A stretch of DNA of 64,000 bases from the human T2T-CHM13v2.0 reference genome, Homo sapiens (GCF_009914755.1 NC_060926.1); one strand, 5' to 3'. Numbered from the stretch's first letter, positions 14,581-33,437 are shown. Notes: generated by a model not told the origin, from the letters alone. Program-made: numbers and translations.

Positions 14581-16359
14581 GTTGCAGAGCTCAGGGCAAA
14601 TGCACTTTATTATTGTTTTATTTTATTTCATAGCTTATGTTTGAAAACAGTAGTTATTAATTGTGGTTGCTTGAAGGATTTCAATGCACAATATGTGACA
14701 AATTTCCTTTGGTCTCAGAATTAGTGAAAGCTTTGCTCTTGACAAAAACTAGTACTTTTTTTTCCATAATGAGAAATTTTCATAGTGACTTGCAGTTTCA
14801 CTTTAGCTACTGATAATTTCAGAACTAAATGTGAGGCTTATTAAAAAACAGCCCCTCACAGAATAGAAGGATAAATAAATTAATCTCAACATTAGGTAAA
14901 TAGTTCCTCTATGCATGTAATAAAAGTTGAAGAAAATGTACAACCTATTCAAAAAATATTCCCCTTTATACCCAAACTCATCAAATTCTGTAGTTTAATC
15001 GCTTCATTAAGGTTTAAATATTGGTCCCACAAAGAGCACAGAACAATGATCTTTTGAATTAACTTGATTTGAAATACTAGGAACCAAAAGATGCCCCATG
15101 TTTCTTTCCCATGCCCCTGACCTTGTTTAGTCACATGGCAATGGAGGTTATAATTTATAGCGTGCTTATCAAAATGCATCATTTTAATGGGTGAAACAGA
15201 ATTGGTGTCTGTTATTTTAAAAAACATAACTACAAGGGAGTCAAGCATAACAGGGAACACATTAGCCAAAGCTCTACAAGCTTCATGTAGTTTCATTCAA
15301 GGCCATCAAAAAGGCTAGATAAAGATGAAAGTACAGAAATAGGGAAGAGATTAAAGAAATGATCCCTTGAATGATGTATTTATCCAAGTTTTCTAAGGCA
15401 AAATTCCATATTAATATTTGGGTGCCAGGGAAATACATTTAATTGCAGGGAATGGGGTGGGGGATAGTTAAATGGCTGTCTTCTCATTGTGAATATTATT
15501 TTGAAACAGTGGCATAGTCAAACATGACTGAAATTCACAGCAAATGTGGCTCAGAGAGTTTCTTTTACTCAGCTAATGAAAGACCTCCAGAATAGGGAAT
15601 GTTTTTCATTATAAGGGCTACTTAAATGGTACAGTGGTCTCTAGGTGGCTGCTAATCTTGGGCTCATTCTCCACACCACTACAGCAGGATTAAGAGTTGA
15701 GGCATTCTATGGAAAACGTAGGGTAAAGGGAATATGGAAGACAGGAATGAATCAGTGGAAGTTGATAAACATTTTACATTTTCTCCAACAGGCAACAAAG
15801 AACAACATAAATAAACAACAACATCTGTAAATGCCATTTTACACATTGTCCTTTAGAATCAAATGTTAGTGCTGTGTGTTATCACTTATTTCCTGAATTT
15901 TTCAAAGTCTTCCCTCAGCGCAGTTTCGATTTCGATAAGGTGCTTATACCTGTGTTTTCCTCTGCTGCTGATCAAAGACCTGCCAAGAGAAATTTTGTTC
16001 TACCTCTGGCCCTTCTTCCAGGTACTGATTATCCATTTAGTTCTGTGACTGAGAGGTTATATTCTTGCACCCAGGATTATACTCTGGTCCCACGGATATG
16101 ATTACCTGAGCTTCAGGAAATGGTAAAATGCTTGGAAACATTGTAGAAAATGCTTGGAAATATTCTATGTAATATTTCCTATGGCTATGCCAAGTAGGGT
16201 GCTCTGATAATGCATATAATTAAACAATAGCTAATTTAATTATGAGTGGAATTGGGAGATAAATTAGTACCAAGTATCTCTTTCATCTTAACCACAAAAG
16301 AAAGATTGAAAAAAATCTGCTAAATCCAGTCCACAGAATCAGCTATTTTTTTCTGGAAG

Positions 16360-16721
16360 CGTATTAGTTCATTCTCACACTGCTATGAAGAAATACCCGA
16401 GACTGGATAATTTACAAAGAAAAAGGTTTAACTGACTCCCAGTTCAGCAGGGGTGAGGAGGCCTCAGAAACTTACAATCATGGTGGAAGGTACCTCTTCA
16501 TAGGGAGGCAGGAGAGAGAATGAGTGCCAGCAGTGGAAATGCCAAATGATTATAAAACCGTCAGATTTCGTGAGAATTCACTCACTATCATGAGAACAGC
16601 ATGGGGGAAACCGCCCCCATGATTCAATTACCCCTCATCGTGTACTTCCCATGACATGTGTGGATTATGTGGATTACAATTCAAGATGACATTTGGGTGG
16701 GGACACAGCCAAACCGTATCA
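16360..16721 (-). mobile_element. THE1 solo LTR (MaLR)
   Basis: 'gtattagttcattctcacactgctatgaag...gggacacagccaaaccgtatca'; TSD ggaag/ggagg. Confidence 0.9.
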
Positions 16722-17466
16722 GGAGGATTGGGAATGCTAAACCTATGCATTTGATGAGTAGTTTTCAAAACATTGGCATGAAATAGGAATTACTTTTCCT
16801 AAAGAAAAGTATTTCATTCCCTTCCTTTTCAGAGTGAAATGTGTCTTTATTCATGAGTACAATAAACTACCTGGAGTCATGACATGTACTTATGGGATTT
16901 ATATAGAGCAATACATTTGAGCATCTGAAATAGAGCTCCAAACTACATCTTCTTAGGAAAAATTGTTTTGCTTACATATTCCTGTGATCTTTTATTTCTA
17001 CATTGCTTTTCTGTCTGCTATCACCCCTCTCTCCCTTATCCCAATCCCCTCACGTATCACAAAGCTGCCAACTGTCAAGATTGTGTTGCCTCCTTTTTTT
17101 TTTTTTTTTTAAATAAGGTTTCCATCTTCAGTATCTTTATGTCTTCGGTCCACTTTATTTAATCTTTTATTCATTTTTCCAGTTCAAGCTCATAAGCAGT
17201 TACATTACAAGTCTTAGATATCATCAACATACTATGTCATTATTTATAAGGAACTGCTATGTCTCAAAAACCTCATCTGTTTCATTCAAAACAGTTAATA
17301 TCTGCCATTTCTGTCCTATTTCCTCAATCTGCCTAGTTCTCTGGCTCACCTCCTGGGTATGACCTCTGGGTATTCCAAAACACCCTCCCATCTCTGATTT
17401 TCCTGACTTGTAATGAAGGCACATGCTCAAACACTCAAACACCTGTTGGTTATAAGAAGCCAGTCA

Positions 17467-17757
<291 letters not shown>

Positions 17758-19214
17758 TCAACATGCATTTAAAAATAGAAAATTTACTTTTGTCAGTGTA
17801 AAATAAAAGAAAAACATATTTTTTCAATGATATTACCTATAAATTTAAGGAGTTTGGTAAAAACATGTACTTCAGTCTTAGTATATCTCAGGGTTTTGTA
17901 AAACAAGGTTAAAAATCTCAACACCTCTAAAAGTGAAGATAGATTTTTCATAAATAATACTAGTTGCTTAAATTTCTGCCATTTTTATGGCCTTTGTGGT
18001 ACCTCTACATACTTTATTGCACGTAGTTTCCACAAGAAGCTTATGAGATAAATGTTATTTTGACTGTACAAAAGTGGAACATGAGATTCCCAGAGCCAAT
18101 TGGCTCACCCAGTTTTCTCACAGCTAGTCTTTCCCCACCTAATATAGTGGCTAAAAAAAATAGGAAGGAGGGCAAGCATTTTGTTCTTACGGGGTCCCAC
18201 TTAATTGGTACACAAATGGTCATATTGCTGATAAGCACCTCGATGTCTGGAATGACAACTTATTCACCTTCCTGCACATAGCAGTACCAAGGTGTTTGGT
18301 GGAATTATGCTTAATTTAGTAATATATTAGAATTTCAAAAATAACTCAAAACATAAAGTAAAATGAGAAAGACTCTTCCAAAAAATCATCCTTTGGGTTT
18401 TACTTTTCTTCAAACACACAATAATTATTCTCAAGATTTAAGAAAGTTGTTCTGATAATATGTAATATACTTTTTAAAATAACCCTACTGTGGTTGCTAA
18501 TCTTTTTAATAAAAGATTTCACTCTTGTAAACATGAAAACTTTACTGAAAGCCAAGTCTTATTAGGATTTTTGACAAAGGTGGATAATAACATTTAGGGT
18601 TAAAAACTAAGACAGTTTATACAGTAGTAAAATGGTTCTTCTTGCATGACTTATTCATATGTTCTAAGGCAATTTTCCAAGAAAATTATTAAAATGTTCT
18701 GAGCCATAGCTGTATGGCCATTTAGTTAAGTTTCTAAAATCTTATTATTTAAATGAAGTCTCTCGACATTATTACTTGAGTGCAATCTGAAAATATATAA
18801 AATGTATTCATGATCTTTGAATTGGAACTTTTGTCCTCAACTGGAATTTCTCGTAAGAAAATAAAAATAATGCACACAAAGTTTAATGTACAAGAATGTC
18901 AATCGCAGCACAGTTTGCAAAGTCTAAAATCAATTATACAACTTAAATGTCTCTGTGGAATATAATGAAATAAGTTGTAAGGAATAAGAAATAAAGTTAT
19001 AAGGTGAACTAATCATATTATACTTCTTAATATAATCATTTTATTAAAATTGAAATTATTTATAATATAGCATTAAATAAAATCAGAATGTAAATGTATT
19101 TATTTAGCTCTTAATATCATAATTACTGGATGAGTGATAATACATCAAAATAATATCAACTGAGTTTTAATATCATGGATAATTTAAACTTTGTGATTTT
19201 GAAAACTACAATCA

Positions 19215-19700
19215 CCTGCATCAACACAACATAGCCATTAACACTAAGAGCCAGGACCACCTAGATCAACATGACTTTGTTATTTATTCCAAGAAACTGT
19301 TACCGTTACTAAGGAAATTGATGACTGTACACCAAAAATGACTTCAGTGTTTCCTTCAGAAAAAAAATCTCTGGGAAGTTGTTTCTCTGAGACAATAGTT
19401 TGCTTACCTGGGCAAATACGTCATTTACCAAAGCACAGTTTAGTTTTTAAGATTCTCTTCAGGACCCTCTCCTCACTAAGTCTATCAATCCTAATATATT
19501 ACATTTCAAACTTTAACCAAGCTAGTTTCCCTTCTTGAAAGTACATGTTCTAATGCTCAGAAGCTCAGATATCAAAGTCCTTTAAGTACCCTTCTGACTT
19601 TCCCCTTCTGTGACACAGCTAAGCATTCAGTCCATTCTAAGAAATAGCTTTGCTTTATTAACAGATTGTTTGTTAAGACTTTAGAAAATAAACAACTGGC
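19215..19700 (+). mobile_element. Degenerate ERV1-type LTR (MER67D-like)
   Basis: 'acaatagtttgcttacc...agctttgctttattaacag'; similar to 11215-11660. Confidence 0.4.
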
Positions 19701-20155
19701 ATTATTCATCACATTTTATCTTAAAGATATATTATTTTTATTAGGTAAGGTTTTAGTTTTCTGGGCCAGATATAGCCAGTGAAGAATAATAATCCGAATT
19801 ATAAAAATAATGAGTCAAGCTATGTGAACCTTATAATACCCAGTGAAAGTATTCATCATTCTCAGCATTTTCATATATTAAGTCATTTAATTCTCACTAC
19901 TGCCCCGTGAGATTAGTAGTGTTGTTACCATTTTGTGCCTAGTGTCACAGGACTGCCCCTTAGCAGAGCAGGGATCAGAGCCTGGGCTGTCAGGCCCGTT
20001 AACTGGCCATGGTCACCAATATGTCGTGCTACTTCTCATACAGAGACATTAATGTTTTTCTGCAAAGAATCAAGGCAAAGAAGATTGAGAAGGGTTCAAA
20101 GGATTGAGAGTGTTGGATTCAAGGACTCTACTTATGTTTAAAATATCCATAAAGA

Positions 20156-20535
<380 letters not shown>

Positions 20536-20831
20536 TTAGACTTTCTTTTCCTCTTTCCTAGTAATAGAACCTGGAATCTGATAAATTACTTCATTTAGTC
20601 TTCAGATTTATTTATCCTAAACACTGCCTCTGGTTTTATTTTAATCTAAATATTAATATTTCAATTCCAAGTGGAAAATCTCCACAATGTGATAAGATGG
20701 GAATCCTAGGAACAATATCACCTCTTGTGTAGGATGCTGTTCTGTGGCTGTTATATAACACTTCGGTAAATATCACAGGCATATTATACAGTTCAACTCT
20801 TACTGTTTCACTCTGAGACAAGATGGAGTTT

Positions 20832-20876
20832 ACACACACACACACACACACACACGAGAGAGAGAGAGAGGGAGAG
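20832..20876. repeat. (CA)n(GA)n compound microsatellite
   Basis: Directly visible. Confidence 0.95.
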
Positions 20877-21797
20877 ACACCTTTTGTCAAGCTTGAGTGT
20901 ATAAACCCTCTTCTACCCAGTATTTCTTGTGTCTGTATCAATACTGCAGAGCAAACATTGATGGTCCATCAGCATTTTCTCTGGAAAGCCTATGCATACT
21001 CTGAACACCTTACTTGAAATAGCAGCTATTCATAGAAATTACCATCATTTACACATGGAGCCTCACCAGAAGCAAGTTGTTTCTAGGATTCTACCCTGGA
21101 AAGTTTAGTCAATTCCCAATTCCCAGCATGAAGGATTCAATGTGGTGATTTAAAATTGGGATCTGGCTACATAGCTACTTCCACGTTGCCCAGTTAATAT
21201 TCTTTCTTATTTACTTCCTACCTTCCCACCAAGAAAATATCCATGGATATGACCAAAGCAGATGTACCAAAAAGCACTTGTATATTTACGTTCAGACTTT
21301 TAAACCCAAGAGTCCAGCTGAAGCATGTGTGTGATCGAGATGTTGAGATTTGAAAATTTAACAAAATATTTCTATCAAAGCAGTGCTTATTTTCACAACA
21401 ACTCCTAGATGAATAGAATAAATTCCTTGTAAAAGATTTATTTTTGAGCTCAGATTTTAAAAGCCACTTTCTACCAAACAGACAGCACAGCGTTGACCTT
21501 GAAGTAGGTGTGATAAACACAGCTCTTTCAGATCTGGCTATTATTACAAAATGACTGAGCACAAGGGAGATCTGAAGGCAATAATATCCATTGGACAATA
21601 AACTCAGTGGAAGACAGGATGCTTGGGATAAATGGCGTGGGAGCTGAAAAGGATGTTTGATTTTCTAAATGGTTACATACTTGGGTAGAGTATATCTTCT
21701 TTATCTAATTCTTTCAAAAACATGTTATTTCCCCATTAGTATGGCTCTTTATAAAAATAAAGCACAAAGAGCATATTTCTTTCTTAAAGAACGTTTA

Positions 21798-22105
<308 letters not shown>

Positions 22106-22777
22106 AAGAACATTTATCAAAATGATCACAAGATTCTTGAATTGCTGTTCTTATTTTAAGCCATTAGGTACTTCTCTTATACTGTGAAAATGTAGTCTGA
22201 ATCTTAACTATTAGTATATGTAGCAGTGGAGATGTCATAGAAAAAATCCAAATTTATACTGCAAAAATATTTATATTACTGGTAAAGTAACATTTAAAAC
22301 ACCAAAAAACTATAAGAACTTATTGTAAGTAAAATGCCCACACATTTTTCTTTTTAGATGTAGTGAGTTGTCACAGGTGCGTAAAGTGTTTGAAAATAAC
22401 CCAGAATTATCTGTCTATCCACTTCATAAAATCATATACTCGTACATGTATCTCCCAGTTTCACAAGTAGTAGACAAATTTAAAGTGTGATACTCAGTAA
22501 ATACCAACTATGAGATTCACCAAAAGCAATCGTATTTATGATGTGTGGGGTTGAATTATTTTCAATTATTGGGACATCATAAAGCACAATACTCTGTACT
22601 TGTAGTGTACATAAATAGTTTTAGTTCACTTGCTCAGAGGAAAAGAAAAATTTCATCCATATTTTTGAGGCTACAGTGACTTTTAAACTCTCTTTTGTTT
22701 TTGGACTTTTAGGTTTTTATCTCTCTCTTCAAGCAAGCTATCTTTTGATCAAATAAATGTGCTAATTTGTTAATAAT

Positions 22778-23269
22778 TTATTCTAAAATATGTATGTTAA
22801 ACTTTAAAATACCTTGGAGGGAGGAACCAAGATGGCCGAATAGGAACAGCTCCGGTCTGCAGCTCCCAGCATGAGCGACGCAGAAGACTGGTGATTTCTG
22901 CATTTCCATCTGAGGTACCGGGTTCATCTCACTAGGGAGTGCCAGACAGCGGGCGCAGGTCAGTGGGTGCGCGCACCGTGCGCGAGCCAAAGCAGGGCGA
23001 GGCATTGCCTCACTTTGGGAAGCGCAAGGGGTCAGGGAGTTCCCTTTCCGAGTCAAAGAAAGGGGTGACGGACAGCACCTGGAAAATCGGGTCACTCCCA
23101 CCCGAATACTGCGCTTTTCCGACGGGCTTAAAAAACGGTGCACCACGAAATTATAACCAACACCTGGCTCGGAAGGTCCTACGCCCACGGAGTCTCGCTG
23201 ATTGCTAGCACAGCAGTCTGAGATCAAACTGCAAGGCTGCAGCGAGGCTGGGGGAGGGGCGCCCGCCAT
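22778..23269 (-). other. ORF0: L1 antisense ORF0, extended to 163 aa
   Basis: Starts MAGAPPPASLQPCSLISDCCASNQRDSVGVGPSEPG (ORF0 N-terminus); frame stays open past the L1 5' end. Confidence 0.75.
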
Positions 23270-23724
23270 TGCCCAGGCTTGATTAGGTAAACAAAGCAGC
23301 CCAGAAGCTCGAACTGGGTGGAGCCCACCACAGCTCAAGGAGGCCTGCCTGCCTCTGTAGGCTCCACCTCTGCGGGCAGGGCACAGACAAACAAAAAGAC
23401 AGCAGTAACCTCTGCAGACTTAAATGTCCCTGCCTGACAGCTTTGAAGAGAGCAGTGGTTCTCCCAGCATGCAGCTGGAGATCTGAGAACGGGCAGACTG
23501 CCTCCTCAAGTGGGTCCCTGACCCCTGACCCCCGAGCAGCCTAACTGGGAGGCACCCCCCAGCAGGGGCACACTGACACCTCACACGGCAGGGTATTCCA
23601 ACAGACCTGCAGCTGAGGGTCCTCTCTGTTAGAAGGAAAACTAACAAACAGAAAGGACATCCACACCAAAAACCCATCTGTACATCACCATCATCAAAGA
23701 CCAAAAGTAGATAAAACCACAAAG
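22819..23724 (+). promoter_or_regulatory. L1 5'UTR bidirectional promoter, CpG-rich, with intact YY1 core
   Basis: CAAGATGGC at 22828-22836; many retained CpGs; length fits the form lacking the 129-bp ZNF93-binding segment. Confidence 0.8.
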
Positions 23725-24742
23725 ATGGGGAAAAAAACAGAACAGAAAAACTGGACACTCTAAAAATCAGAGCGCCTCTCCTCCTCCAAAGGAACACAGT
23801 TCCTCACCAGCAACAGAACAAAGCTGGATGGAGAATGACTTTGACGAGCTGAGAGAAGAAGGCTTCAGACGATCAAATTACTCTGAGCTACAGGAGGACA
23901 TTCAAACCAAAGGCAAAGAAGTTGAAAACTTTGAAAAAAATTTAGAAGAATGTACAACTAGAATAACCAATACAGAGAAGTGCTTAAAGGAGCTGATGGA
24001 GCTGAAAACCAAGGCTCCAGAACTACGTGAAGAATGCAGAAGCCTCAGGAGCCGATGCGATCAACTGGAAGAAAGGGTATCAGCAATGGAAGATGAAATG
24101 AATGAAATGAAGCGAGAAGGGAAGTTTAGAGAAAAAAGAATAAAAAGAAATGAGCAAAGCCTCCAAGAAATATGGGACTATGTGAAAAGACCAACTCTAC
24201 GTCTGACTGGTGTACCTGAAAGTGATGGGGAGAATGGAACCAAGTTGGAAAACACTCTACAGGATATTATCCAGGAGAACTTCCCCAATCTAGCAAGGCA
24301 GGCCAACATTCAGATTCAGGAAATACAGAGAGCACCACAAAGATACTCCTCGAGAAGAGCAACTCCAAGACACATAATTGTCAGATTCACCAAAGTTGAA
24401 ATGAAGGAAAAAATGTTAAGGGCAGCCAGAGAGAAAGGTCGGGTTACCCTCAAAGGGAAGCCCATCAGACTAACAGCGGATCTCTCAGCAGAAACCCTAC
24501 AAGCCAGAAGAGAGTGGGGGCCAATATTCAACATTCTTAAAGAAAAGAATTTTCAACCCAGAATTTCATATCCAGCCAAACTAAGCTTCATAAGTGAAGG
24601 AGAAATAAAATACCTTACAGACAAGCAAATGCTGAGAGATTTTGTCACCACCAGGCCTGCCTTACAAGAGCTCCTGAAGGAAGCACTAAACATGGAAAGG
24701 AACAACCGGTACCAGCCGCTGCAAAATCATGCCAAAATGTAA
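23725..24742 (+). pseudogene. ORF1: L1 ORF1p (RNA-binding chaperone) with a +1 frameshift just after the ATG
   Basis: ATGGGG is followed by 7 A instead of 6; span is 1018 nt versus 1017 for a 338-aa ORF; downstream 304 aa open from M at 23828. Confidence 0.9.
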
Positions 24743-24790
24743 AGACCATCGAGACTAGGAAGAAACTGCATCAACTAACGAGCAAAATAA

Positions 24791-28626
<3,836 letters not shown>

Positions 28627-28840
28627 CAATGAGATCACATGGACACAGGAAGGGGAATATCACACTCTGGGGACTGTGTTGGGGTGGGGGGAGCGGGGAG
28701 GGATAGCATCAGGAGATACACCTAATGCTAGATGACGAGTTAGTGGGTGCAGCGCACCAGCATGGCACATGTATACATATGTAACTAACCTGCACAATGT
28801 GCACATGTACCCTAAATCTTAAAGTATAATAAATAAAAAA

Positions 28841-30255
28841 GTCACTATGATCTGCATAGGGTTTCTCAAGCAGCCGCATCAACTACTTGTGCAAACAATG
28901 GTGCCAATGCCACCGAAAATGCCACCTCAGTGGTCAAGACAATGTTTGTCTACTTCAGTTCCCTCACAGGAAAAGTGATATCAAATAGAGTACCATTAAA
29001 GCTTTGATGTGTTGGTAGGCTTTCATAGTGTTATGTTACTCGTTTCTATGAAACACATGCTCATTTTGGTTACTGCCTATAACAACCAGAAAAGTATGCA
29101 AACAGCGTTTATGAACTCTTTTTATAACCAAATCCACTTTGGGTAAACTAAAGATGCCTCATGGTTTTCCAGAGAATTACAGCTGTAAGGGTGCTCAGGT
29201 ACCATGATGTGTGCAGGAACTCAACAAAGACTGAGAGATGCTTCAATGTATTTTGAGCATAAAACAGACTCTTGTAGTGTCAGAGGCACTTATTTTAGAG
29301 GGCTTGGATTTTTTAGGATCATTTCTTTCCCCTCCATTGACCAGGCGGAGTCTTGTAGAAATCTAATTAACCTGCATATAGAGAGGGATTTGGTTAGCTC
29401 CCAGGAATAAGACAATGAAGAGTTATTACATCATTACATTTTTCTAAATTCTTTGCAAATAATATTATTTTGGTGGGCTGGAGGAAGAAGAATTAAGCCA
29501 AACTTAAGGCCTCTGGATACAATGGAGGTTTTTCTTATCTGTTTTGCAAGAAAAAGAATAAACGTGAATTCAGTAGTGATAATGGACTGAATTTTCTGAG
29601 CTGGCAAAATGTATAAACTGATTTTCTGTTGTGTGAGATCCAATTACTTCTGTTAAACTATTTTAAAATTCAATATAGCTTCCTCCTATCCATGACTATT
29701 AGAAAGAGGGAAAGCACAGAATATGTATTTTCTAAGAATTCTTTTCCTAGTTATGTGAATCATAATAAAGAATTCATCACATTACATTGATAATTATTAC
29801 TGATAGTAAAATTTAAGAGAAAACAAGAATCCTACTGTTTTCCAAACTGGTGAATACAGCTTATACAATATACATACGTGAGAAACTTGAAAAATAAATT
29901 ACATGATCATACTATCCACAGAAAAATAATGAGCTGAAAATAAATAATTCTTATTAAATAGCTACACATATTTCAAAACAAATATGTAAACACATCATGT
30001 CAATTATTTAAGAAAACTACTTTTTCTTCCTCAGTTGAATATCTTAGAGGGAATAAAAATTATCCATAATATAATAATATAATAAAAAGTCAGAGGATTG
30101 ATAATACCAGTTAACATACTTTTAAAAATCATTTTATACAGAAAAATCTTCCAAATATACTGCTTGTTCATAAGCCTCTTTGCAATTATCATTCAATACA
30201 TGCACTTCTATTAAATTCAAGCTAAACATGAAAAAATAAAAATAAATAAATAAAT
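28841..30255 (+). other. L1 3'-transduced unique sequence with a second poly(A) tail
   Basis: Lies between the L1 A-tail and ATTAAA (30210-30215) plus A-rich tail (30231-30255); TSD aaaataccttgga at 22806-22818 and 30256-30268. Confidence 0.9.
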
Positions 30256-31973
30256 AAAATACCTTGGAAATGTTTTTCTTTATGGAGAATATTTGTTTCA
30301 TTAAATAAATGTGCTAATTTATTAATAATTTATTCTAAAATATGTATGTTAAACTTTAAAATACCTTGGAAATGTTTTTCTTTATGGAGAATATTTGTTT
30401 CATTTCTCCTATCACTCTTGAATTGGTAATAGGGTTATCAGAAAATGTGTAAATGGTATAAGTTGAGAAATAAACATAACATAAAAGGCAAAAGCTAAGA
30501 TGTACAAATAAACAGCTTAGTTCATTCCGGTTTTATACACATGGTGCCAAAATGGCTATCAAATTCAGGGTTGATTAGCTGTCAGTCAAGGACTGCAGAG
30601 AGTTAAGCTAGTAGCCACACAGTCAGGAACATTTAGGCCATTTGGAAGACATCCAGACATGCTGAACTAGTTTAATGACTTGTGTTAGAAATAGTAGGTG
30701 ACATTTTTCTCCCTTCAGTCTCTTGATCTCTACCACTAGTTACAATAGAATTGTATGAGAATGTTGAGGTTCTGGTGATTTAATGAGGTGTCACTGCACA
30801 ATTTTTATTCTGCTACAATGACAGTTTTGGAACATTTTTGCTTCTCTCAGTCTCTAGCCATGCTGGCTTTTGTCATTAAGTGGCCATTGTGATCTTTGAT
30901 GTATAATGATGGGGAGTGCTGTCAAGAAGCAAAATCATGGTTGTTACATGGTTTGGGTCAGCCACAGCAGTCAGTTTTTTTTGTGTGTGTACAGCAATAT
31001 TGGCTATTGTTGCCATAAGAATGGTGGAAATGATTGGGGTAGGAGAGTGAATTGCAGCCCAACTGAAGAATAATAAGCCACCTCTTCAATTTTAACCTGA
31101 AAATGACATTTTTTTTTTAAAAAAAAGTAGGTTCATGCACTAAGATTAGAAAAAACTGAATACCAAATTCATACAATTTGACTTTTGCTTTAACTATCAA
31201 ATATCAAAATTCAAGTTAATACAGATTCAATTTGTGCTAAATATTTCACTTTAAACCCTCTTTTTCAAGAACACTTGGCATCAACAAAGAGTGAATTTGG
31301 TCTTAGTTTCCCTTTCTTTTTCCTTCCCCCCACCAAGTCTAAGAACTAGTAAAATTCTTAATCTCATGTCAATGGAACACTTTTAAAATTCCTATTTAAT
31401 GTGTCTTTCTTTGCCTTGTAAACCAGAGACTCTTCATTTTGTGTTCAAAAATTTAAAAAGACCAAACACAGTAAGCTGCTTTATAATTCTTTTTTTATTC
31501 ATTGATGTTTGTGAAATACACACTATCCGTAACTATTGGGAAATGTGACGTTTACATAGCAGAAAACCCATCTACACTGACGGACATAGAATTTAGAGGA
31601 ATCCAAATTTTTGTTTGCCAAAATAACAGATTAACTGTTTATCATTCCAATTCATCAGAGTCTAAAGGGAAGCATTTAATGGGAACGATCTAATTTCTCT
31701 CCAGAGCTTTTAAGTCCCTGCACTCCCAGAAATACAATCTTTTCTCTCCCTACCACTGAGGCATTGCATGGACAGTGCATATTTCACATGAGAACATTAA
31801 TATCAAACACTTCATATCAAGTATAGCACATAGTAGGCAATGGATAAACATCAGCTATAATTATTTAGTGAAAGTTGAAATCATGCCTTTCCTTCAAAGA
31901 AACTGTGTTTCATAAAATATTTTAGGTGAAGATTAATATACACAAATCCTTCTCTGTTTTTTGAAATTGCTGA

Positions 31974-32398
<425 letters not shown>

Positions 32399-32837
32399 CT
32401 ACAATGTTTTGCAATTTGGGTAGCCTATTAGCTGCGAAGCCCTGTCATATCTCCCAGCAAAGCAGATATAGATATTTTATCAAATATTTTGTTGACTGAT
32501 TTTTAAATTGTTTTATTATAACACATATAATAGATTGTGAATTCATAATGAAAACAGGTATTTTTTCCTTTCTTTCCAAATGATTACAGGACTTGGTACC
32601 AGCTGACACACGTGGCTGACAGCAGCTGATAATGAAGCCTTTTCTCCCTGGTAAAGGTTTGAGGTTGAAGCCTTTGTTTCTGTGAACTTTAAATTTCAAA
32701 ACCTCCTTAATACTGAAAACTTTTTTTCCAAAATAAACGTTTTCCCTTTGAAAAAATATATTGATTTAGGATTAAACTTTTCCAAAATATTGTAAATATC
32801 TTCAATATCTGTTAAGACATGTATTTTCCTTGGATGT

Positions 32838-32839
<2 letters not shown>

Positions 32840-32868
<29 letters not shown>
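32840..32868. repeat. (TG)n microsatellite
   Basis: Directly visible. Confidence 0.95.
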
Positions 32869-32870
<2 letters not shown>

Positions 32871-33138
32871 TTAACCAGCTTACTTGGAATGAGAGTTTAT
32901 TTGCCTTAAACATACATGTATTTCAAAATCTTTTTTTCAATGTGCTACAAAGGTACAAAATATTTTATATACGATTTTGAAGAATGAAGTGTAGATTCAC
33001 TTCCATTATTTTAGATCATCACCAACAAATGATTATGTGTGCAGCCAAACATTCTGCATTCCAGTTTTGGTGAAAAAAAAGGATATTTACTTTTATTACT
33101 ATAAAATATAGTCTCAAATGTATAATTATTGTTCTAAT

Positions 33139-33437
33139 TTTTTTTTTTTTTTTTGAGACAGAGTCTCACTCTGTCACCCAGGCTGAAGTACAGTGGCGCA
33201 ATCTCGGCTTACCGCAACCTCAGCCTCCCAGGTTCAAGCGATTCTCCTGCCTCAGCCTCCCAAGTAACTGGGATTACAGGTATGCACCACCACGCCCGGC
33301 TAATTTTTGTATTTTTCATAGAGATGGGGTTTCACCATGTTGGCCAGGTTGGTCTCAAACTCCTGACCTCAGGTGATCTACCTGCTTTGGCCTCCCATAG
33401 TGCTGGGATTACAGGCGTGAGTCACCATGCTCGGCCG
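33139..33437 (-). mobile_element. AluSx/Sz
   Basis: Full reverse-complement dimer with poly-T. Confidence 0.93.
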
